DNA from: Myxococcales bacterium
GTDB lineage: Bacteria > Myxococcota_A > Polyangia > Polyangiales > Polyangiaceae
Reading direction: 5' to 3'
Length of the DNA stretch: 64,000 bases
Assembly (NCBI GenBank): GCA_043747615.1
Contig: JAYTOU010000060.1
Span: forward strand, 141,630 to 205,629
Below the pieces are notes generated by a model. That model saw nothing but the letters and a program-made list of their open reading frames with translations. It was not told the origin of the DNA and ran no database searches. Made by a program: the position numbers and the translations under genes. Positions 1 to 7,499 of this stretch are shown here, in pieces (positions within the stretch are counted from its first letter, which is position 1; each line of letters opens with the position of its first letter).

Positions 1-839
1 GCTTCGAAGGCGGGCGCGCGGTCGGTGTCGAGGCACGTGATCCGGCGGGCAACGTGCACACGATCGACGCCAAGTTCGTGATCGATGCGACAGGACGAAG
101 CGCGCTTCTCGCCCACACCGATCGCAGCATCACCAAAGTCCCCCACCTCGACAAAACCGCTATGTTTTCCCAGTATCGCAATGCCACGCGGGAGACGGGC
201 GACAGCGAGGGAGACATCCAAATCATTCTCTTCGAAGGCGGCTGGTTCTGGATGATCCCGTTCAAGGACGGTCGCACGAGCTTCGGCGGTGTCGCTTCGA
301 GCGAGTGGATGAAGGCGCGCGCTCCCGGCGAGACGATCGACGATCTCTACAAGCGCGCCATCCGCGAGTGCTCGGTCGCTACCCGGCTCCTCGCCGGCGC
401 CGAGCAGCTCTTTCCCGCCGAAGCGACGGCCGACTTCAGCTTTCGCGTGAGGGATCTCGGAGGCCCGGGATGGCTCGTCGTAGGCGACGCCGGAGGCTTC
501 ATAGATCCTCTCTTCTCGACCGGAGCGCACCTGGCGATGCACGGCGCACTGCATGGCGCAGACCTCGTTGCCGACGCGCTCGCCGCGAACGACACATCGT
601 GCGAGCGTTTCGCTGCGTGGAAGACCACCATGCGGAGGGGCGCCGAGCTCTTTCTCGGGAGCGTGCAGGCGTTTTATCAAGGAACGCTCACCGAATATAT
701 TTTCGCGGAAAAACAGCACCCGTTTTTGCGTCACGCGATCACCTCGATGCTCGCCGGCGATGTCTTCCACGGCGACCAACGCTGGTCACGCGAGCTCACC
801 GCGCGATTTCCTCCGGTGCTCGAGCCGCCCGCGAGATAG
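1..839 (+). CDS. FAD-dependent oxidoreductase, flavin-dependent halogenase-like (5' end outside window)
   Basis: Frame is open from position 3 (FEGGRAVGVEARDPAGNVHTIDAKFVIDATG). It carries the WxWxIP motif (GWFWMIPF) and GDAGGFIDPLFSTG typical of flavin-dependent halogenases. Confidence 0.8.
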   Translation, partial: FEGGRAVGVEARDPAGNVHTIDAKFVIDATGRSALLAHTDRSITKVPHLDKTAMFSQYRNATRETGDSEGDIQIILFEGGWFWMIPFKDGRTSFGGVASSEWMKARAPGETIDDLYKRAIRECSVATRLLAGAEQLFPAEATADFSFRVRDLGGPGWLVVGDAGGFIDPLFSTGAHLAMHGALHGADLVADALAANDTSCERFAAWKTTMRRGAELFLGSVQAFYQGTLTEYIFAEKQHPFLRHAITSMLAGDVFHGDQRWSRELTARFPPVLEPPAR

Positions 840-888
840 GCGAAAGTCGATGCGCGTGCGTTCTCTTCGTGCCTGTGCCGTGATCGCC

Positions 889-1174
889 ACTCCTGCGCGG
901 AAACGAAGCGACCGCGGCCCACGTTTGCTCGGGCAAGATTGAGGAGCAACGTCGGCGAAACCACGGCTCTCGCCTCGTCGAAGATGGCTACGGCGCGGCC
1001 GAAGCGAGCTGCGGCGCAGACCACATAGTCTTTTCGATCGAGCGCGTCCTGGCCTTCGTGACCGCGAGCACGGGCCGCTTCCTTATCGTCGTTCGACTGC
1101 GCGAACGCGAGCGTTGGGACGAAGGCGAAACCGAGAATAAAAAGCGCGCTCGACCGCTACGTGCGGCGAAACAT
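889..1174 (-). pseudogene. Remnant of the N-terminus of a secreted TPR/PEGA-type protein
   Basis: ATG at 1174 and in-frame TAG at 1159-1157, then a signal-peptide-like ALFILGFAFVPTLAFAQ and DDKEAARARGHEGQDALDRKDY...PTLLLNLARANVGRGRFVSAQE. Resemblance to the myxobacterial family stops near 889. Confidence 0.6.
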
Positions 1175-1201
1175 ACGCGGTCTTCAGGCCCCGCAGGGGC
1201 T

Positions 1202-1564
1202 CTAGTTGTCTTTTTGATCGCGGACGCGGGCGGCCTTGCCCTGAAGCTCGCGCAAGTAGAAGAGGCGTGCGCGGCGAACGACGCCCTTCGACACGATCTC
1301 GACCTTGTCGATGCGGGGGGAGTGCGTGAGGAACACGCGCTCGACGCCCACGCTGAAGCTGATCTTGCGCACGGTGAACGTGCTGCGGGCCCCGGCGCGA
1401 TGGCGCTTCAGGACGATGCCTTGGAAGATCTGAATACGATCTTTGTCCCCTTCGACGATTTTGTAGTGGACCCGGACCGTATCGCCTACACGGAAATCAG
1501 GCAGGGCGGTGCCAGTGCGAAGTTGGGCGGACTCGATCTCGGCGATCTTCGGGATGGTGTTCAT
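1202..1564 (-). CDS. rplS: 50S ribosomal protein L19
   Basis: [38 protein letters not shown] and [10 protein letters not shown] motifs. Confidence 0.98.
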   Translation of the reverse strand: MNTIPKIAEIESAQLRTGTALPDFRVGDTVRVHYKIVEGDKDRIQIFQGIVLKRHRAGARSTFTVRKISFSVGVERVFLTHSPRIDKVEIVSKGVVRRARLFYLRELQGKAARVRDQKDN

Positions 1565-1576
1565 TGGGGGATGCGG

Positions 1577-1605
1577 CTTAAAGCATGTGACTTTCGCTCT
1601 GTCAA
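1577..1605 (-). promoter_or_regulatory. Putative sigma70-type promoter of rplS
   Basis: Minus strand TTGACA (1605-1600), 17-nt spacer ending in TGC, then TTTAAG (1582-1577), 12 nt before the ATG. No SD sequence. Confidence 0.5.
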
Positions 1606-1634
1606 CGTAGGGGCGCTCAAGGTAAGGGGAAATT

Positions 1635-2099
1635 ATGGGACTTTCGATCGGAGATCAGGCGCCGGAGTTCGAGGCCACGGCCAGCACGGGAACGGCGATC
1701 CGGCTCGCGGATTACCGCGGGAAAAAGAACGTCGTCCTCTACTTTTACCCTGGGGATTTCACACCGATCTGCACCGCCGAGGCCTGCGGGTTCCGGGACA
1801 TGTACGACGAGCTTCAGGGGAAAGACACTGAAGTGATCGGCGTTTCGATGGACTCCGACGGGAGCCACAAGAAATTCGCCGCCGCCAACCACATTTCTTT
1901 TCCGCTCCTCGCCGACCACGACCAGTCCCTCTCCAAGAGGTACGGGGCCACCAACGCCCTCTTCGCGCTCTTCAATAAGAGCCGACGGGTCACCTTCGTG
2001 ATCGACAAACAAGGGAAAATCGCCCAAATCCTGAGGAGCGAGCTCTCCTCGAAGAAGCACCTCGAAGGCGTCCGGGAAGCCCTCACCAAGCTCTCCTGA
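1635..2099 (+). CDS. bcp: Peroxiredoxin, BCP/PrxQ subfamily
   Basis: [23 protein letters not shown] (CxxxxC), FPLLAD and RVTFVID motifs. Confidence 0.92.
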   Translation: MGLSIGDQAPEFEATASTGTAIRLADYRGKKNVVLYFYPGDFTPICTAEACGFRDMYDELQGKDTEVIGVSMDSDGSHKKFAAANHISFPLLADHDQSLSKRYGATNALFALFNKSRRVTFVIDKQGKIAQILRSELSSKKHLEGVREALTKLS

Positions 2100-2109
2100 G
2101 CGTCTCTTC

Positions 2110-2138
2110 TTGACCAACGCGGGCAGTGGTGACACTTT
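2110..2138 (+). promoter_or_regulatory. Putative sigma70-type promoter upstream of the rplC leader
   Basis: TTGACC (2110-2115), 17-nt spacer ending TGA (extended -10 TG), then CACTTT (2133-2138). Confidence 0.45.
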
Positions 2139-2297
2139 CCCGCCCCCTCATCCTGCAAACGTCGGAGCTCAGGCTCCCTGGTCCTACCGCTCCGGACCGG
2201 TCTCATCCCCAAAAAGATGCGAACGCCAAACGGGCTGATCTTCTACAAACGCCGCTGCCTCGTCTGTCCCATCTCGGAGCGAAGTCAGGATTTTCAA

Positions 2298-3002
2298 GTG
2301 AATACTCTTCCCGGAATTTACGGTCGCAAGCTCGGCTGCACGCAGCTCTTCACCGCGGACGGCACCGTCCAGCGCGTCACCGTCCTCGAATGCGGACCCG
2401 TCGTGGTCGTCGGCAAGCGCACGATGGAAAAAGACGGCTACACGGCGCTCATCGTCGGCATGGACGAGCGCAAGGAAAAGCACACGTCGAAGCCCCTCGC
2501 CGGCATGTACAAGAAGGCAAGCGTCACCCCGAAGCGCTTCCTGAAAGAGCTTCGCGCCAACGACGAGTTCTGCGCCAAGTGGGAAATCGGCGCGACGATG
2601 AAGCTCGACGAGATCTTCAAGGTCGACCAGTACGTCGACGCGCAAGGCGTCACCCGCGGTCGCGGCTTCACCGGCGTCATGCGCCGCTGGAACTTCGCCG
2701 GCGGTGTCGGCTCGCACGGAACGCACGAGTACTTCCGTCACGGCGGATCGATCGGCACGAACATGACGCCGGGTCGCACGCTCCCCAACCTCAAGATGCC
2801 CGGTCAGTACGGCAACGAGACACACAGCGTGCTCAACCTCAAGGTCGCGCGCATCGACGTCGACAAGCACTTGCTCATGATCCATGGCGGCATCCCCGGA
2901 TCGAAGAACAAGATCGTCCTCGTCCGCCAGGCCGTGAAGAAGTCCAAGAAGAAGGTCGCTCCGCCCCAGAAGCAGGGCAAGCAGAAGACCGCCGCGGTCT
3001 AA
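2298..3002 (+). CDS. rplC: 50S ribosomal protein L3
   Basis: GRKLGCTQLF, VTVLECGP, DGYTALIVG, GRGFTGVMRRWNF and HGGSIG..TPGR motifs. GTG start at 2298 follows AGGA; the ORF-track start at 2217 is too long. Confidence 0.97.
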   Translation: MNTLPGIYGRKLGCTQLFTADGTVQRVTVLECGPVVVVGKRTMEKDGYTALIVGMDERKEKHTSKPLAGMYKKASVTPKRFLKELRANDEFCAKWEIGATMKLDEIFKVDQYVDAQGVTRGRGFTGVMRRWNFAGGVGSHGTHEYFRHGGSIGTNMTPGRTLPNLKMPGQYGNETHSVLNLKVARIDVDKHLLMIHGGIPGSKNKIVLVRQAVKKSKKKVAPPQKQGKQKTAAV

Positions 3003-3012
3003 AGCTAACCCA

Positions 3013-3975
3013 TCAGAGGCAGGTGCCTTTGAAGCCGTGACGCGGCGTCGGATCACAGCCCGATGCCGCGATTCGGCCGCTCGCGTCGAGCAGCGTCGAC
3101 ACGCTGCGAGTTCCGTCGGGCGGATAGATGGTGCAGATGCCTCTCACGTCTTCCTGCGTGAGCCGTCGCTTCTTCGCGCCCGCCGTCGAGTCCCCCGATT
3201 TGTACATGACGGCGTCCCGCAGCGGTGAGTGCGCGAGGCCGAAAAAATGGCCTAATTCGTGGGTGAGGACGGCTTGCAAATCGTACGTGTCGGGAGCGTC
3301 GCGGTTCGTGTCGTCGACAGGAACGATCGCGTAGTCGGCGGAGTTGAGCTCAAGGTCGGCGTCCAAGATCTCGCCCGTATGCGGATCGAACGTCACCGTG
3401 GTCAGGGCCACGGTCGGTGACTTGGGCAGGCCGCTCTCGTCGCGATCCTTCTGTTCGTAAGGCCACACGTCGTCGTGGAAGACGATGAGGTTTTCGTTCG
3501 GCCCCTCGCGATCGTATCCGGCGGACGTGCAGGAGACCGCTCCGAGATCACGCGCGTCGATGCTCGCACGCGACACGAGCTTGTCGGTCGAAGGGCAGCT
3601 CGCGCCGACCCACGTCGTGAACGCCGCCTCCACCGTGCGGGAGAAGACATCGAACGAAACGGCGTGGCTGGCGGCCTTTTGCAGGTCGTATCCGACGCAC
3701 CCCGTCCGCCACCACAAGGGAGCGTTGGAGGCCTTTTTGTCGTGGACGCAAACGTCGGAATCCGCCCAATCGAGCGGCTCGCAGAGGCCACCGGGCGTGG
3801 GGTAGTCCCTGGGCGGCTGGCAGGTCGTCGTGCGGCAAAAACCGGAAGGACCGGTATCGGCGGAGTGATCGATCCCCGTGGGTTCTTCCGCCCCCGACGA
3901 GCAGGCCGCCTGAGCGAGCGCGAAGGTCGCAACCACCGAGAACGATGCGAACGCACGCGGCACGCGGGAAGCCAT
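3013..3975 (-). CDS. Matrixin (M10) family zinc metalloprotease, probable lipoprotein
   Basis: HELGHFFGLAHS zinc motif, Met-turn (AVMY), GEILDADLELN and N-terminal LAQAAC lipobox-like signal. Confidence 0.85.
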   Translation of the reverse strand: MASRVPRAFASFSVVATFALAQAACSSGAEEPTGIDHSADTGPSGFCRTTTCQPPRDYPTPGGLCEPLDWADSDVCVHDKKASNAPLWWRTGCVGYDLQKAASHAVSFDVFSRTVEAAFTTWVGASCPSTDKLVSRASIDARDLGAVSCTSAGYDREGPNENLIVFHDDVWPYEQKDRDESGLPKSPTVALTTVTFDPHTGEILDADLELNSADYAIVPVDDTNRDAPDTYDLQAVLTHELGHFFGLAHSPLRDAVMYKSGDSTAGAKKRRLTQEDVRGICTIYPPDGTRSVSTLLDASGRIAASGCDPTPRHGFKGTCL

Positions 3976-4018
3976 CGCGGTGAAGCCTACATCGAAATCG
4001 ACCTGCACGCCGAGTACG

Positions 4019-4759
4019 TCAGAGGCAAGCGCCGAGCTCGAGGCCTTTTACTTTGAAGGGAGTGCACACGGTTCCCGCCGTGCATTCCGCTTGCGACGCG
4101 CAGATGTGGAGCTCGCCGGCGCCGCACGAGGTCGCGCAGGCGCTCGCCGCAAGGCTCACGCTCCCGCGAAGAAAGCCACAGGCCGGATCGACAGCGAGTG
4201 TTCCTGCCGCGCAGCAGACCTTCCCGCCGTCGCAATCGAGAGTCTCTTCGCACGCCCACGCCGCAGATCCCACGACCGGGCACGCCGTTCCTTTGGCTTG
4301 GCAGCTCGACGCGCTCCCGCTCACGTGGGGCGGCTCGCAGCACTCGTCGGCGGCGCCGCACACCATCGGCATATTTCCCGGACCGAACGGACAGTAGACG
4401 CCGGGGCTCGCACGAAAGCGAAGCATGGGCGTACTGGGATTGCTGCACATAGCGGCATCGGCCGCGTCGATCGTCATCGCAGAGTCGCTCACGTCGGCGT
4501 CGTGACCGGAGTCGAGGGCGGCGTCGTGCCCGGACTCAAGAGCGGCGTCGTCGACGGCTGCGTCCATCGTCTGGGCGTCGCTGCCTTGCCGCGCATCGCC
4601 CGCGCGTGAAGCGTCGCTGGGAGTGGCGCCGTCGGATTCCTGCGATCCGCCCCCGTCGGGATCTTCGTGGACTCCTCCGGAGCTCGACGAGCTGCACGCC
4701 GCTACGACGCCGGCGATCATGACATACGACCATTGCTGCCTGAGAATAGTGCGGACCAT
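4019..4759 (-). CDS. Cys-rich lipoprotein with Asp/Ala-rich linker
   Basis: VVAAC-SSSS lipobox, DA/DSG low-complexity linker and a Cys-rich C-terminus (C...D CDGGKVCC). Confidence 0.8.
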   Translation of the reverse strand: MVRTILRQQWSYVMIAGVVAACSSSSSGGVHEDPDGGGSQESDGATPSDASRAGDARQGSDAQTMDAAVDDAALESGHDAALDSGHDADVSDSAMTIDAADAAMCSNPSTPMLRFRASPGVYCPFGPGNMPMVCGAADECCEPPHVSGSASSCQAKGTACPVVGSAAWACEETLDCDGGKVCCAAGTLAVDPACGFLRGSVSLAASACATSCGAGELHICASQAECTAGTVCTPFKVKGLELGACL

Positions 4760-4822
4760 GCAGGAAGGAGCCGGGCTGCGCTGGAATGTCGCGCGTTATT
4801 TTCTGCCTCGGTGCTTGCGCGG

Positions 4823-4838
4823 GAAACGATGACGTTTC
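4823..4838. promoter_or_regulatory. Palindromic operator in the TetR promoter
   Basis: GAAACG-ATGA-CGTTTC perfect inverted repeat between TTGCGC (4815-4820) and TATACA (4839-4844). Confidence 0.6.
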
Positions 4839-4853
4839 TATACATCGAGCAAC

Positions 4854-5501
4854 ATGCGCAAGAAGAAGCAGCTCGTCGTCCGCTCCGCCGCCGGCCGGGG
4901 GCGCTACGACAGGCAGCAGCCTTCAGGAGAACGTTACGACGAGCAGCGCGCGCGTTTTCTTTCTGCCGCGGCCGATGTCTTCGCCACGAAGGGCTTCGCC
5001 GACGCCAGCGTGGAGGACGTGGTGGTCATCGCGGGCATGAGCCGCCGCACCTTCTACGAGCACTTCGACGATCTCAGCGATGCGCTGATGCAGGTCCACG
5101 AGATGGCTGCGAGCATGTGCTTTCGCGTCGTGGAGGAGCGGGTTCGTGCAGCGCCGGACCCGGTGGCAAAGCTTCGCGCGGGAGTGTTCGCGTTCCTCGA
5201 GATGCTGTCGCAGCACGCGCCCCTCGCGCGCGTCGTGTTTCGAGAAGTTCGTGCTGCCGGCCGGGAGTTCGAAGTCCGCCGCGAAGCCACCGTCGCCCGC
5301 TTCGTGGGTCTCCTCTTCGAGGGAGTCGCCGAGGCCCACGTGGCCGGAATCGCGTCACGCGCCCCCGACGAGCTCACGCTCTACGCTCTCGTCTCGGCGA
5401 TGGAAGCGGTGGGGATGCGCTACGTCGAGCGGCGTGAAGAAGCGCGGGCGACCGAAGCGGCCCCGGCCCTTACGGAGCTGGTGATTCGCGCATTCCGCTG
5501 A
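4854..5501 (+). CDS. TetR/AcrR family transcriptional regulator
   Basis: AAADVFATKGFADASVEDVVVIAGMSRRTFYEHF helix-turn-helix. Confidence 0.93.
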   Translation: MRKKKQLVVRSAAGRGRYDRQQPSGERYDEQRARFLSAAADVFATKGFADASVEDVVVIAGMSRRTFYEHFDDLSDALMQVHEMAASMCFRVVEERVRAAPDPVAKLRAGVFAFLEMLSQHAPLARVVFREVRAAGREFEVRREATVARFVGLLFEGVAEAHVAGIASRAPDELTLYALVSAMEAVGMRYVERREEARATEAAPALTELVIRAFR

Positions 5502-5504
5502 GGA

Positions 5505-5534
5505 TTGACCGGGGCATGAAAACAACTATGTTTT
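5505..5534 (+). promoter_or_regulatory. Promoter with overlapping palindromic operator
   Basis: TTGACC (5505-5510), 16 nt, TATGTT (5527-5532). AAAACA-ACTA-TGTTTT (5519-5534) overlaps the -10, and the ATG lies 6 nt after the -10. Confidence 0.65.
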
Positions 5535-5538
5535 ATTG

Positions 5539-6354
5539 ATGAGCATCACGCCGCGCAAGCGCTCGTTTTCCTTTGGCCCCGAGATCCCGCGCCACTGGCT
5601 GGCGGGTAGTCCGTTCGCGACCCACCTCGTCAACGGTCTCAACCTCGTTTTTCCAGCAGGCGAGCGCTTCTTCATGCGGAGCGTCAAGCACTACGCCCAC
5701 GTCATCGAGGGCGATGCCGTGCTCGCCGAAGAGGTGCGCGCCTTCCTCGCTCAAGAAGCCATCCACGCGCGTGAGCACGATCGCTTCATTCGCTTGTTGC
5801 AGGAGGAAGGCTTCGATCTCACGCGCTTCATGGCCTTCTACGAATGGGTGCTGCGCCGCGTGCTCGAACGCGCGAACCCGCCGAAGCTGAATTTAGCGGT
5901 TACCGTCGCGCTAGAGCACTTCACGGCCACGTTCGCGGAGCGCGCTCTCACGCGTCACACACTGCTGGAGGATGCCCACCCGGTGATGCGAGATCTTCTG
6001 CTTTGGCACGCCGCAGAGGAGATCGAGCACAAGGCCGTCGCCTTCGATGTCCTCAAGAAAGTCGATCCCAGCTATGCGCTGCGGGTCGCGGGGCTGCTCT
6101 TTGCCAGCAGTAGCCTCCTCGCCTTCTGGTGGCTCGGGACCCTCACGCTTTTTCTGCAGGATCGGCAGGCCAAGATGGCGCTCCGGCCAGGCGGCGCCCA
6201 AGCCCGCATGGTCCGCGGCGATCTTCTCGGGCTCACGGCCGTCTTTGTAAGCTCTTTTGTCGACTACCTGCGCCCCGGATTCCATCCGCGGGATAGCAAC
6301 AACCTTCCGCTCGCGGAGAGCTACCTTCGCGAAATGGCCGCTGCGGCGGCGTAG
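5539..6354 (+). CDS. Predicted metal-dependent hydrolase (ferritin-like EXXH motifs)
   Basis: FPAGERFF, QEAIHAREH, ALEHFTA, LLLWHAAEEIEHKAVAFD and YLRPGFHP motifs. Confidence 0.9.
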   Translation: MSITPRKRSFSFGPEIPRHWLAGSPFATHLVNGLNLVFPAGERFFMRSVKHYAHVIEGDAVLAEEVRAFLAQEAIHAREHDRFIRLLQEEGFDLTRFMAFYEWVLRRVLERANPPKLNLAVTVALEHFTATFAERALTRHTLLEDAHPVMRDLLLWHAAEEIEHKAVAFDVLKKVDPSYALRVAGLLFASSSLLAFWWLGTLTLFLQDRQAKMALRPGGAQARMVRGDLLGLTAVFVSSFVDYLRPGFHPRDSNNLPLAESYLREMAAAAA

Positions 6355-6357
6355 GTT

Positions 6358-6579
6358 CTATTCTTCGGACAGCCAGACGCGCGCGCCACGCATGACGAAG
6401 GTACCGGACTCCTCCGTGCGGCCGTTGTCGTTGGCGTTGGCGTTGCCGTGGACGGTCTCCTCCCAGTCGATGTCGATTTCGACCAGGGTCGCGCGGCCAT
6501 CATACGACGGAGCGACCGCGAGCTTGGGCGCGGCTACGTCGGAGGAGCGGAACTCGAAGAGGTCAATGAGCGTTTGCAT
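6358..6579 (-). CDS. Small acidic hypothetical protein (73 aa)
   Basis: GC3-biased codons, converges on the hydrolase stop, and has a sigma54-like promoter immediately upstream. Confidence 0.55.
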   Translation of the reverse strand: MQTLIDLFEFRSSDVAAPKLAVAPSYDGRATLVEIDIDWEETVHGNANANDNGRTEESGTFVMRGARVWLSEE

Positions 6580-6590
6580 GACTATAGCTA

Positions 6591-6606
6591 AGCAACCGCC
6601 GTACCG
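6591..6606 (-). promoter_or_regulatory. Sigma54 (-24/-12) promoter
   Basis: Minus strand CGGTACGGCGGTTGCT = GG-N10-GC. The ATG of 6579 is 13 nt after the -12 C. Confidence 0.6.
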
Positions 6607-6872
6607 CCGGCTCGAACGAGGATACGCATGGGTTTCACCTGGTCCCGAGAGCCCAGACCGGGTCCTGTGTGATCCACCGCTCGTCCCGGCGATCCGGAGC
6701 GGATGTCATCAAGAGGCCGTGGTCACTGGCCTTGGGGCCATCGGCGTGAGCGCTCTCGTAGATCTCCTGGCCGACCGAAGACGCAGAACGAGGTGCGCGC
6801 ATTCCCGCCCCACCCGAGGCGGAGCTGGCCGAACGGCGCGCGCTCCTGGTTTCAGATAGGCTGGCCTCGACC

Positions 6873-7499
6873 ATGGGGCGCGGCGACATTTACAAAAAGC
6901 CAGACCACTTCACGGACAAAGCCAAGAAGGCAGGTTTTCCGGCGAGGAGCGTCTTCAAGCTCGAAGAGATCGACCGGCGGGTGCGTCTCCTCAAGCCCGG
7001 TATGCGCGTGCTCGATCTCGGCGCGTCGCCCGGGAGCTGGGCTCTCTACGCGGCGCAGAAGATCGGCGCCGGCGGCAAGCTCCTGGCGATGGATCTAAAC
7101 CCGCTCAACACGACGCTCCCACCACAGGCTACATTCATCCAAGGCAATGCTCTCACGATCGAGAACGCGGACTTGGCGCGGTTTGCGCCGTACGACGTTG
7201 TGCTCAGCGACATGGCGCCGAACACCACCGGCAATCGGCTAGGTGATCAGACGCGAAGCTTCGAGCTGTTCATGCGCGCGCTCGAAGTTGCGAGTACGCT
7301 GTGCAAGCCGGGTGGCGCTTTCGTGGGAAAAATTTTCATGGGAGAGGATCTTCCCCTCGCCCGTGCAGAGCTCCGGAAGCATTTCGAGACTGAGCGGTTG
7401 ATACGGCCGGAGGGGACGCGAAGCGTGAGCTACGAGCTCTTCATCATCGGGCAAGGACGCAACGCCGGCGCCCCCGCCACGCGCGTCGAACCGATCTAA
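6873..7499 (+). CDS. rlmE: 23S rRNA (U2552-2'-O)-methyltransferase RlmE/FtsJ
   Basis: ARSVFKLEEID, VLDLGASPGSW, DVVLSDMAPNTTG, FVGKIF and E-L-F motifs. Confidence 0.95.
   Translation: MGRGDIYKKPDHFTDKAKKAGFPARSVFKLEEIDRRVRLLKPGMRVLDLGASPGSWALYAAQKIGAGGKLLAMDLNPLNTTLPPQATFIQGNALTIENADLARFAPYDVVLSDMAPNTTGNRLGDQTRSFELFMRALEVASTLCKPGGAFVGKIFMGEDLPLARAELRKHFETERLIRPEGTRSVSYELFIIGQGRNAGAPATRVEPI

Noticed and set aside
2217..2297. N-terminal extension of L3 from ATG 2217
   Set aside because: L3 homology starts at GTG 2298, which has an SD. The upstream part is better read as an untranslated leader.
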